Source: Psammoneis japonica
Lineage: Eukaryota
DNA: 64,000 nucleotides
Assembly: GCA_008632985.1 (NCBI GenBank)
Contig: QPGO01000086.1
Location: 186,001-250,000 of the forward strand
Reading direction: 5' to 3'
Positions within the stretch are counted from its first letter, which is position 1. Each line of letters opens with the position of its first letter. Position numbers and translations under genes: made by a program. Below, one piece after another: positions 1 to 11,497 of this stretch. Under the pieces are notes generated by a model that did no database searches, was not told where the DNA came from, and saw only the letters and a list, made by a program, of their open reading frames with translations.

Positions 1-49
1 GGACCTGGTTGCAAACCAGTTCACAGCAGTCCCGTGTCCACCAGAGGAG

Positions 50-1705
50 ATGGGCCTCGCCGCCGCTGGCACATTTGTCCTGGACGACACGGGGATGGCT
101 GCGGAGATCACGGCGCACCCTGAAGGGTTGGTGGGCCCCGCGGACCCGAGTGCAGCAAACACGGCAGAAGTGCGTGCGCGATTCACGATGCACGTTCCGT
201 TCGCCTGCATGAACATGCTTCTCCCAGGGGGTCTGTCCCCGAAGCAAGCTTTCACACGAATTCTTGGAGCGGCTGCGGCCAGGAACGAGGTCGACGCAAC
301 ACGTCCTTTGTTGGACCATCTCAAGGTCGCGTGCACCGCCACGGCGGGGGACCCCCACGCATCGGCCGTTGCACGAGAGTGGCCAACCATGCCCCAGCCC
401 CCGAACGCGGCGCTCATGCGGCACTTCGACCAGAAGGTCAATTTCGACCTGCCGGGGCGTGACAAGCTTGTGCTTCCGCCCCATCACATCGCACCAGTGG
501 TGAGGGCAATCGATGGACTCACGACCGAGCAGTGTCAGACGCACATTGACGCGCAGGCACGCCAGCGAGCCGCCGAGCAAGGAAAGACGCCGGCACAAGC
601 GTTCGGCGATCCAGGCATGTACAAACTTGTGAGACTTTGCCAAGTGTACACCGAAGATCAGCTGCCACCCATGTGGCCACGCCTCGCGCGGGCTTCCAAG
701 GCGGGACGCATCACTGAGGTCCAGAACGCAGTTGATGAGACGCGCCGCGCCTTGGGAGCACGTTTCCGCATCCCGGTCACTGTGAGTTTGGCATCAAAAT
801 TGATGAGCCTCAACTTTGCTGGAGACAACAGAGATGACCCTGCCCAAGGAGTCAACCCGCACCAATTTGGTCTCACGACCCCAGAGCAAGCGCAGCAAAT
901 CACTCACCGTGCTGCCATGTGCCGCCAGATCCACGGAGGTGACAGTCGGCCCAGTCTCACCGATGCGATGGTGCTGGAAACGCCTGACGACGCACGCGTG
1001 ACCACCACCATCGAATTGCTCCAACATTGTTTGGAGAGCACACGTGTCGTGCTCGCAACACTGCTGGGCACGGGACACCCTGTGGTCCAGTGCTTCACGG
1101 ATTCCCGGCAGGACCTGGACATGTGCGCCGAGGACCTGGCTGTGGAGTGCTCCCGGAATCCAACACCAGCAGCAGACATCCAGCGTCATGTGCAGGTGGA
1201 GCTCATGTCTTGGTTTTGGCTGCAGGAGACAGCCTGCAACACCGCGGTCCCATTCCATGTGCACCGAGTGGTGGGCGATGCTTCAAAGGGAAACGATTTG
1301 TGGCGTCACATGCTGCCCCCTACAATTGCATTGGTTTCCGGGAGCGTGCCCGCCCCAACTGCTACGACTCCCTCGTTGGCCCAGCCCGTGGGTGGTGCCG
1401 TGCAAAATCCACGCCCAGGCGTGCCGGGCGACAACACGCCAGTGCGCAACCCCCAATGCGACGAATGCTTCAATGCCGTCCGCGATCATCCCAACATTGG
1501 GTCACGGGAGGTAAAGTGGTGTTGCACTCAGAATGGGGTCGCACTGCCAGTCGACGCGCAAGGAAACCCACGGTGCCTCCCGCACCACTTGAAAGGGCAG
1601 CACAACTCAAACTGCGGGTGTGCAGCGGACCATCACAACAACCATGCGGAGAGCGACCAGGCAAACCTCCTCACGTGGGCAATGGAGCATTGGAAGACCG
1701 AGTGG
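50..1705 (+). pseudogene. gag-like ORF1 of the YR retrotransposon with C-terminal CCCH-like zinc finger
   Basis: CLPHHLKGQHNSNCGCAADH resembles the C-x7-C-x3-C-x5-H finger of such gags; TGG at 1703-1705 may be an erased TAG stop (inference). Confidence 0.6.
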
Positions 1706-4354
1706 GTCTTCGGCAACGGCCCGAGCTTGGGGACTCTGGGCCGAGAGCCTTTTCAGCTGCCACCGGCATCGTTGGCAGTGCTGCCACCCCCGCAGGCGGA
1801 GAGATCCACAGACAGCAATGGCCGCAGCACCTCACGTGCGCAGGCTGTTGCAGACGCTGTACAGACTGACAAACTGGGCAAGCGAACACTGCGTGACACA
1901 CAATTGCTGCGTCTTAGAGGACCAAGTCACTTGTTGCGTCGCCGCAGCGGCAGAGGGGACTGGGGACCGTTGCACCGCACACGCAAGCACCCAGCCCACA
2001 GGCTGCTGCAAAACTGCAAGCACCGCGGCGTCCCCACAACCCTCGCAGACGCACCTTGGACACCTCAAGAGCTTGAAGCAAGTTTGGCCAGGGGGCCACA
2101 CAAGTCCGCTCACGAACATGTCGAGTTCCTGCGGGAGGACATGGCCGGCTACGTCGACAAGGGTTTCTGGGTGGTCCTCCCATGTGAGGACATGAAGAAT
2201 GCCCCAGGATTGCGGCTGAGCCCCATCGGCGTGGTGCCCCAGCATGGTCGGCGACCACGACCAATCGTCGACTGCACCTTTTACGGCACCAACGACGCGA
2301 CTCAGCCCAACACCCTGATGGAAGCCATGCAGTTCGGACGCACCCTGGACCGTTTGCTGTGCCGCATTTTGCTGGCAAATCCATCGCACGGCCGGGTGTA
2401 CCTCATGAAAGTGGACCTCGCTGATGGCTTCCATCGGATGCACCTTAACCCCAATGATGCCCAACGACTCGGGGTGGTTTTCCCACATTTGCCGGGCGAA
2501 CCCCCTTTGGTGGCCATGCCCACACGGTCACCCATGGGATGGGCCAATTCGCCACCGTGTTTTAGTGCCGCCACCGAGACGGCAGCGGACCCAGCTGACT
2601 TACAGCCAGTGCGCGCCGCGACGGCGCCACCACACCCATTGGAGCAATTGGCATCCAGTCGGGTGCCAACCCATGTGCCCCCACCAACTTCACCACCCGC
2701 AACAATCGCCATGCCAATTCCGACGTCACCGGACCCACACCTCAACCCGAGCCGCCGCCGGCGCCTGGCCTACATCGACATGTGCGTCGACGACTTCATT
2801 GGCGCCGCGCAGGGGTCCGCCGCAGCCCGAAGAAACACACATCGTGTGTTGTTGCACACAATCGACGATGTCTTCCGCCCCACGGATTCGAACGACGTTG
2901 CTGCCCGCAAAGAGCCCGCATCAGTCAAAAAGCTCCGCAAGGGTGACGCCACATGGTCTACACAGAAAGAGGTGTTAGGCTGGTCAATTGACACCATGGC
3001 AATGACACTCCAACTTGCCCTTCACTGGCGTGCACGTCCACACGACACACTCTACAAGGACTTCCCCCGCACATGCAAACGCGTCACCGTCCAGGATTGT
3101 CAGAAACTCCTGGGAGAACTGCGTTCCCTCGCGGTGGCCATGCCCGGCTCGTGAGGTCTGTTCTCCAAATTACAGGAGGCCCTCCGCCACACTGCACCGG
3201 ATTCACGCATCCGACTTGCGGCCAACGTACATTCCACACTGGACGATTTTCGTGATCTGCACCAGACCCTGGACTCACGTCCCGTCTGCATCCAAGAGCT
3301 CGCACCACTGCCTCCAACTGTGCATGGCTGTCACGACGCTGCCGGCCACGGGGCTGGCGGGGTGATCGCACCAACACCCACCGCAGTCCCACGAGCCACC
3401 AAGCTACGCTGTTCCTCTGGCCGGCGTCGCATCCAACGTGATGCAGGCCCTGTCGCGTGGTGCCTGCGATTCCCCAAGGACATCTCCGACTCACTCGCCA
3501 CGCATGAGAATCCACACGGCCCCATTGCCAACATCGACCTCGAACTAGTCGGCAGCATCGTCCACACCTGCGCAGCTGCCGACACTTGCGACATCCGCGA
3601 GCGCACCAACCTAAACCATGCCGACAACCTTGGCACCATGTGTTGGCAACGCAAGGGATCAACTGCCACAGTCAAACCGGCTTCAAAGCTCCTCCGGCTC
3701 CAAGCATGCCATCAACGCCAACATCGTCACACAGGCCTCCATGATCACCACCCGGGCACTTGGAACCGAGCGGGTGACGACGCTTCGCGCCTGCAACACT
3801 TGTCTGACGTCGCGTTCCTTTCTTGTTTGAGCTCCACTTGCCCACAGAGCAAGTCTTGGCGTCTGTGGACCCCGCCACCCGAACTGCGTTCTTACATGAT
3901 CTCGGCACTGCGCAAGAAGCAGTGCAACGCGGCATCACCTCTTCCCGAGCCTCCGCCGCCGACACCCACTGGAACCTTTGGATCGACTTTTGCCGCCAAC
4001 TGGCCATCAGTCCATTTCTCGAAGACACCAATGATCCCATCCTCTTCCTCCAAGTGTTCCTCCATCGATTCCGCACCGGTGTCATCACACCAAGAGGCAA
4101 TCCCGTCTGGGCGCGCACCGCTGAGGATGCCCTGCGGTCGGTTGGGCAGACGTTCGCTGCAATGGGGTCCGCGGACCCACGTCTCACACCCCAGGGCGAC
4201 ATGGATTTCCGTCTTGCCCGCCAAATCCGTTTTTACAAGAAACAGGATCCGCCGCCCGACCGCGTTAAACCAGTCCCAGTCATCGTCCTCCTCTGGATCT
4301 TGCACGCCGCTGCCCTTGGCAACAGCGCCGGCACCAAGGCCATTGCGGATGTGA
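1706..4354 (+). pseudogene. Reverse transcriptase-RNase H ORF with one in-frame TGA at 3152-3154
   Basis: RLSPIGVVPQ, KVDLADGFHRM, PMGWANSPPCF, CVDDFI, KEVLGW; reads through the TGA as PGS*GLFSKLQEAL into RNase H motifs HDAAGHGAGG, DLELVG, DN, NRAGDDASR (ORF 3320 is in frame with ORF 50). Confidence 0.9.
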
Positions 4355-5001
4355 TCGCAATCACCTTTTTCTTTTTGCTTCGCCCGGGTGAATGCACAGC
4401 CATGCCATCTGACACCACTCCGTTTCGCCTGGCAGATCTTTGTTTGACCTCGGGCGGAGCACATTTGAACCTCTTTTCCACCGAGGCCCCTGCCCTCTTC
4501 GCCGCCACCCTCAGCTCCCTCACTTTCACCACCCAGAAAAATGGCGTTCGCGGCGAAGTCATTGCGCACGGCCTGTCAGGCCACCCAGACCTGTGCCCAA
4601 CCAGGGCCCTCGTCTGCCGAGTTGTTCACTTGCGCACCTGCGGAGCGCAACCCGACACCCCCCTGGGGGTGCACTTTGAGAATGACAGGTGGCACGCCGT
4701 CTCCCCTGCCGACATCACGTCGGCACTTCGCACCGCCATTGTTGCCCCAGGTCCCGAGAACCTGGGCTTCACACTGGCCGATGTCTCATCCCGCTGCCTT
4801 CGTGCAGCAGGCGCAACGGCGCTGTTGTGTGCCCATGTCGACACCGACCTGATCCGTCTCTTAGGCCGGTGGCGCTCTGACGAGATGCTGCGCTGCTTGC
4901 ACCTACAAGCCGAGCCCACCATGCGTGGCTTTGCACAAGCCATGCTCGCTGGGGGCAATTTCGTGCTTCACCCGAATGCTGAAGCACCCATTGCCCCGTG
5001 A
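3823..5001 (+). pseudogene. Tyrosine recombinase of the retrotransposon; catalytic Tyr replaced by Cys
   Basis: FFFLLRPGEC, QKNG, LCPTRAL, CLRAAGATAL, LGRWRSDEMLRCL. Confidence 0.9.
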
Positions 5002-5100
5002 CAGTGCTCCACCAGCCCTCCAGACGGGCCCACCCGCCCAATCCCAATGCATGTTTGGCTGGCTGCTGCACCGCCTGCACATCAGTGGGTGGCGCTGGAA

Positions 5101-5310
5101 GCCCTGCCGTCCAGCTTTGGGCAGGGAGAAAACCTTCACAGCGCTGGCAAAGCCATCTCCACTCCAAGTGCACAATGCATTCCATGAAGTTTTACATCAC
5201 TTTAGAAGAGAGCGCGCGACCAGTGGTTTGAACCCACCGTTTCACCCCAGAAGCACGCTCGTCCATCCCCGATGCGAAGCGCGCATGAGCAAAGCGGTGG
5301 CAACCGCTGT
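5101..5310 (+). repeat. Split direct repeat B1 (210 bp)
   Basis: Matches 5498-5707 except at 8 dinucleotide sites. Confidence 0.95.
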
Positions 5311-5497
5311 CCTCATCCAGTGCCAGAATCGGGGAGAAGACCCATCACCTGTTGAACCACGTGCGCACGTTGAACGTGCTGCAAGGGTTGGTTGTTGTTT
5401 TTCTTCGGTCACCGGCCTGTCTCATTCTTTCAAGATCGACAAAGACAAGCCGCTGTCGTCAGCGCAGTTTGATCGCTCCCACCTCTCCCACCCTCTG

Positions 5498-5707
5498 GCC
5501 CTGCCGTCCAGCTTTGGGTGGGGAGAAAACCTTCACAGCGCCAGCAAAGCCATCTCCACTCCAAGCACACAATGCATTCCATGAAGTTTTACATCACTTT
5601 AGAAGAGAGCACGCGACCAGTGGTTTGAACCCACCGTTTCACCCCAGAAGCGCGCTCGTCCATCCCCGATGCGAAGCACGCATGAGCAAAGCAGTGGCAA
5701 CTGCTGT
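5498..5707 (+). repeat. Split direct repeat B2 (210 bp), probable element 3' end; the 5311-5497 spacer is the putative A2
   Basis: Direct repeat of 5101-5310. Confidence 0.95.
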
Positions 5708-6824
5708 GAGTCAGACGGTCATGTGGCGCACATTGAATGCAAAAATGGGACAGGCGCGGACAAATGAATGTACAATGCAGTGCAGCGGTGACTCTGCCAG
5801 CTGCCGGTAGCCAGCTGCTGCTCTCTCTAAAAGAGAGTGGCGCAGTCGAGTAAAGAGGGCCTGCTCTGGCTCTAGCTGGGGCCCCACAGCACCAGTTGAT
5901 GTTCATTGAATTCAATTTTACATGCCGAAGTTAATCGTCACTGCTTTCTCGATGACACTGGACGGCAACAATCTCTGTGTTGTGTGCTGCTGCAGCTTGA
6001 GAGTTGCGACAGTCACCGAAATTCCCCAAATCCATCAGGACTTGACTTCAGACTTTGTCGCACTCAGGGATTGGAATCTGCAACCTGAGGGGAGGGCTTG
6101 GTTCAACATCGTGGGTCATTGGCGCCAGCACTGCATCCACTTGTTGTGCATCATGAGGCTGAGTTGACTCAGAAATTGAGTCGGGAATGATCAGATCTTG
6201 TGCAGCAAACTTTGCACATGTTCCTGTGCACAAAGCTGTGCAGGTGCTGCAGGCATGTGCCTTGCACACTTGTGGAACCCAGTGCTGAGGAGGGTTTGTC
6301 TCAGCCGAGCCCAATGAAAATGGTCCAAGCAATGAGGTGGAGACCAATGAGGTGGGTTGAAAATGGCCAAGAACAACCCAAGCATGGAGGGTGGATGACA
6401 GGGAGGGGGGCTTCTGCCCACCCAGAAGGCCACACCATGACAAGCTTTGGTCGTTCTTGGCCAATGTCAACCCCATCAAGAAGTTGCAACCAAGGTGACT
6501 GCATTGATTGCAAAGGAAGTGTGAGTGGGGTCTCTGGCTGTGAGGATTTTTGTGTTAAAGCACAAACACGCAATTGCATAGAGGGCATTTCATGTGCAAG
6601 ACTTCAGTGCAGGTGCGCAACGAGGACGGTTTGGCTCGCTGTCTTTCTTGGTTCTTTCAAAACACAATCTAGTCTACTAAACTTCGAACGCCACATTTTT
6701 GTTGATCTTTTGATTTCCTGGAACAGAGAAAGACAGAAGGGACAGTTGGACGTCAAAACTAAAGGATAACAAAATGCAAGCTACTTTAAAGTCCGAGGCA
6801 TTTCAGATTTCACAACATTGCCTC

Positions 6825-8837
6825 TCAAGCAGCAGCACTGCAGTCGGCGTCGGCACAATGACGATACTCAGATTTCGAAATCATTTCCTTGGCAGCCTCA
6901 TCTCCAACCAACGCATGCAGCAGCCTACGACCTCGCAACTGTAAGTCGTCGTAATGGGGATGATGTGTAATCCCACACCACACGCAGTCCACAACTCTCT
7001 TGAGCAATTGTTCATCTTCAACACACCATCCAGTCGATTCCAGCGAGTGCTCAAGTGTCCTACAACCCGAGGAGTAGATTTTTGTCGAGTCCTTGTGGGC
7101 ATGCATGGCCTCCGCAGCGTTCTCGATAATGGCCGGGATAAATGCGCCGCCTTTCTCATAAACAAAAGATTGGATAACGGAAAGAGCTATCAGCTGCATG
7201 TCCTCATCGTTTACAAAGGATTTCATAACACCAACCATTCTTGCGAAGCCACCTCTCTAACGATTTTCCCAGTATAGTCTTCTTGTGTTTCAACCGTAGC
7301 CATGAGAGCCATAAGGACCTCGAACAAATGAAAATAGAACATTCTGGATTGGCCGAGGTGATTCATCGCACAGGTGATTGTATCCAAAAAATCAGCATCG
7401 ACGAGAGACATGGGAAATTTTTCCTCTTTGATTGCAGAAACAAGCTCCTGTGCGACCGCCAGCGCCTTGACGGGATTGCGAGATGGATGACGAAGTTCAA
7501 CTAGTTGGGAATTGAAATGTGACATAGAGTGCTTTGCCAACATCTCGTTTGAAGCGTCCGCACCAATCAAACCTTCCAGCACAGATCGACCGACTACGGC
7601 AGATTCATTGTCATCCCAATGCTTCGCAACCCCGGAAGAAACGCAGTTGATGCATTGGTCAAAGAGTGCCTCGTCTTGACAGAGAAATCAAGAGCAACCA
7701 ACGCCTCACGAATCGCCTGGCAAGATGACCTCAAGACAAACGCCGAGTCTTCATGGTTGCTCATAATCTTGATTGTGCTTTCGAGCACAGTGTTGGCAAT
7801 GTCTGCCCCCTTCTTTGCATCAATGCTATTCAAGCAGAAAAAGCGATAAAGCTCGAGCGCCGCCCACTGACGCCTTTCGTCTTCCGGAAAACTGTTAACG
7901 ACACAAAGAGCGCTTTCGAGGCCGCCAATACGAAGAATATGTTCCGTATAACCCTTGCCTTTGTCGTCGAGGCCCATGAACAAAGCGAGCATCAAACAAA
8001 GTCGTTCACAGACCTCTTGGGTCTGTCCACCATTATTCAGTGAAGCAATAGCCATTTCAAAAAATCCGCCGTCGACTAGTGCTCTTGACAAACCCGACTT
8101 GGCAACAACTGTGACTGAGACAAAGAGCCGTTGGCGTCCGACGCACTGAAAGACGGATTGCTCAGTTTCTCTAGCCGACGATGGAGAGAGAGTATTGGGT
8201 CAAACGCCTCAACCAAGACCGGAATATTCTTCTTCAATTCCTCACTATCAGGAGGGTAGTTTGAGAGCAAAACCTCGAGACAACTTTTGCACCGACGCAT
8301 CAAATCATTACTAAATGAAAATTCCAGCAAGCGCGATGCCCATACTAGAAGTGGACCACCAAAACCAGCGATCGCGGATGAGTCTTTGTGAATTTCCATA
8401 GCTGTGACAGTACATTCCGTCGCTATTTCAATGGCGCTCGTTTCGCTGCTGTTCTGTATGAAAAAGAAGAGGCACCCAACTCCCGTCATCTGAATGGTCT
8501 CGTCCGTCACAAATGTATCCATCAGACAAATTACGCTTTCAAGGCCGCCCTTTTCAATGATTTCTTCTGTACAATCTTCGTTTGAAATCATGAACATACC
8601 GAGCATCTGAATGAGATATGCGTAAAAGGAGACGCTTTGCCCATAATGATCCATTGCAGAAATGATTGTCTCAAGAAATCCGGCGTCGGTGAGTGACTGT
8701 GGAATTTTATCCTTCCATCTGCAGTATTCGAAAAGGTCGTCTACCGCTTTTTCTGAATTTGAGTAGCTCGAGGGTTTGCGAAGCTCCTCCAACGCAGATA
8801 GGATGTGAGGAGGCACTTCGCCGGGTGGTGTCGTCAT
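6825..8837 (-). CDS. ARM/helical-repeat protein with three internal repeats, broken by about 3 frameshifts (assembly error or pseudogene); paralog of 37629-39658
   Basis: ORFs 8076-8879, 7594-8091, 7223-7582 and 6825-7238 are colinear with the paralog; shared MTTPP start, repeated L.EL..PS / DAG..E.II.AM / GGLES motifs, and terminus SEYRHCADADCSAAA. Confidence 0.75.
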
Positions 8838-9299
8838 TTTCCATCGTCGCAGCGCTTCCAAAAGTGACATTGTCAACAATCAAAGCGCTACATAAAGTGA
8901 GACAATTGATGCTTTTGGGATAGAGCGACTCTTCCACGTTGTAGCTGCCGTGACGACTCAGTCCCTCGGCGGTAAGGCTCAATCATTCACGTTCGTGGTT
9001 CGTGTATGAAACATAAGGGTAAGTTTGTTCGATATTTCTTAGTTTCCGACGAAAAAAATCGACAGTCTGACAGGTAGCCTCGCTGTAGCCGCACTCTCTA
9101 TCTAAAACAAACCCTTCTCTACTGGCTATGGTGGATACTCTCCAACGGAGTCTGAACGCCCTTCGTGGAGCTCACTGTTTTCTCTTTCTCGCTTCACTGC
9201 TAACCGACAAACGGCAAGGCATGCAAGACCAAACATTCGTTCTGCTTAGGCCCTATTTTTCCCTATCTCACGCAACGCACTTGATACCTACCAGGTAAA

Positions 9300-10027
9300 T
9301 CAGTCACGATTTCTTCTCTCCATAGCTATATCCATCAATATCTTCGCCGTTTCTTTTGGAGCGGCAACCATCAAATCGTGACCAGTTTCAATTTCACGTA
9401 TCTTCCATCCATAGTCTGTTGCTCGTTTGCGTGCTCTCGTCATGGAAGGGTAGATGGGATCGACACAAACCACATAGTGCAAGAAAAGCCTGCTCCGGGT
9501 AGCTGCTGGAGGTTTAGCGGAGATTCATAGGTGGAGATTGGATGCGGCGTCAGGTTGCGCAACAACCAATCGCACCGGTCTGCATCCACCACTCCCAATT
9601 GACTGGGATGAGGCGGTGGAAAGGACATGCCGTTGCTTGTTTCCTTGGCTTGACGCTTGCGTTCCGCAACAGATGCATCTGAAAGAGAGGAAAAGGGAGT
9701 CTCGCCGTTCTCCAGTATATCCGAATCGAGGTAAACGAGTTTCTCGATCCGTTCTGGCTCTCGTTCGGCGACACCCGAGATTATCGAACCACCAAATGAT
9801 TGACCAACCAATATCACGTTGTTCAAATCTTCAAAGCGTAGTACAGCCGCAATATCCGTAACACACGTGTCCAAGGTTATATCACGAGACATGAGATGCG
9901 CACGTTCGCCGACACCCGTCATGGTGGGAGTAAACACTTGATGGCCGTGACTTTCCAGAATACGACGAACGCTCTTCCAGCACCATCCACCATGCCAAGC
10001 GCCGTGAACTAATACAAAGGTTGACAT
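9300..10027 (-). CDS. Alpha/beta-hydrolase (methylesterase/SABP2-like), intronless, one frameshift near 9480
   Basis: MSTFVLVHGAWHGGWCW, nucleophile elbow GQSFGG, LVYLD, and C-terminal TGHDLM in the next frame. Confidence 0.88.
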
Positions 10028-10422
10028 GTTCTTTACCGGCACCGGAAGCTGCATGATGGTGATGAGTGTGGCGCTTCGATCTTGTTGAATAATCGAGTTC
10101 TCTGTAATTTCAAATTAGCGAATTTCCCACCACTTTTTCGACGATACCGACGATGGCGATGGACGTATCTGATTATTACTAGATACTCATTCATTATAAA
10201 TATATATTTTATTAGATTTCCCGCCAAAAAAATGTGCCGGCCGCACCCTCTCTTCACGTGATCTTTTTGTCACACGACAGCATCCAAGACTGAATCGGAC
10301 ACACGATCGATCCATGACCCCGCCGCAACGCGACCATCATCACAGCGCGAACATCATGTCGAGAGCTTTACTGGCTCCTCTTTACGGCGCTCTTCTTTCT
10401 CATTAATTTTTTTCAAAGAAAC

Positions 10423-10974
10423 ATGTCTTATTCGTTTGAATTGAAACCACAGGAACATATTCACATGGGTATGGATCTCGACAGCATCGCATGGACAGCT
10501 CCTCGAGACACCGTGCCAGTCCTGCTCGAGGGCAGAATCTCCTTGACAACTTGGCAAGATACATTTGACAAGGTGGTCGAGAGATATCGAGTCGTTTTGT
10601 CGTCCGCGAAATGGTGGATGCTAGTTCCGTGCTTAGTCTGTTGCAGCATGCCAAAAATGATTTCCATTTCACGAGAGAATAAACGGGGTTGGTTGGAACT
10701 TGTACAAGAACAAGCGAAAATTTATCGACCTGCCGGTATTCAAGTGACGCTGGCAAAAGAACTCTATAGCTGTGGCGCAGGGAGTGACCGAAAGTTGGAA
10801 AATGAAACAGTTGGACTTCGTTTTGAGATTGGACCTAATCCCCATGCAAGCCCGAGTGCGCCTGTTGATGGTAACTTGGCGGCCCAACTAAAACAACTTG
10901 CAGACCTGCACAAGAACGGTGCTCTTTCCAATGAAGAATACTTGAAAGCAAAGGCCAAGCTGCTTAACAAGTAA
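10423..10974 (+). CDS. Small protein with a Cys-containing hydrophobic segment and C-terminal SHOCT domain
   Basis: LKQLADLHKNGALSNEEYLKAKAKLL fits the SHOCT consensus. Confidence 0.75.
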   Translation: MSYSFELKPQEHIHMGMDLDSIAWTAPRDTVPVLLEGRISLTTWQDTFDKVVERYRVVLSSAKWWMLVPCLVCCSMPKMISISRENKRGWLELVQEQAKIYRPAGIQVTLAKELYSCGAGSDRKLENETVGLRFEIGPNPHASPSAPVDGNLAAQLKQLADLHKNGALSNEEYLKAKAKLLNK

Positions 10975-11497
10975 AACAGCAACTGGAACACGTTTCTGCT
11001 TGTGACGAGCTGCTAACTACTGTAGCTACAATAGGGGGCGAACGCACCCAGTAGGTTCTTTTCCCTTTTTCATGCACCTACAGTACTTTGTGTCGACGTT
11101 TCGTCTTCTTTTTTCCTCGCATGTGCCAAAGCCTATCGTTAACTTGCATGTACCGGTACACTCCACGTCGCAGAGCGACGAGGTGTCGCGTTTCTTCCTT
11201 ACAACCGACAGACTTGTTCGCTGCAAATTCTCGCTCGATCGCTCGTCGCTCGTCGCCGCTCCCTCGTCATGATGATGGCGGCTGCTGCGTTGCTATCAGC
11301 CGGTAATAACCCTGCATTCTACCGTCGCTGATAAAATCTGGCTAGCATTAACTTACGTGCGTCAGATTGATTGGTTACTATACCTCAAGTTTGGTCGGGC
11401 ACGAGGCATAATAAACGAGGAACAACGAGCAACACCGTAGTTTCATCTGCTGCATAACCTCAGAACACCCAGCACCGGTATATGAACGAAGCCAAAC

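Larger units (their letters stand above)
1..5707 (+). mobile_element. Tyrosine-recombinase retrotransposon (DIRS order, Ngaro/PAT-type split direct repeats); 5' end outside the window; inactivated
   Basis: Order is gag-like ORF with CCCH-like finger, RT (KVDLADGF, PMGW, [Y>C]VDD), RNase H, then an overlapping tyrosine recombinase ORF and a 3' B1-spacer-B2 repeat arrangement. Confidence 0.93.

Noticed and set aside
50..3154. 1034-aa ORF as a genuine gag-RT fusion protein ending at 3154
   Set aside because: The end is a probable CGA->TGA nonsense with in-frame RNase H downstream, and the fusion may reflect an erased TAG
3823..5001. Phage integrase or bacterial contamination
   Set aside because: The ORF overlaps RT-RNase H and is followed by split direct repeats; flanking genes have spliceosomal introns
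1..5707. ADAR-type RNA hyperediting as the cause of the A->G changes
   Set aside because: Both TA->TG and TA->CA occur in the same element, and non-retrotransposed DNA (TIR, promoter copy) is affected as well
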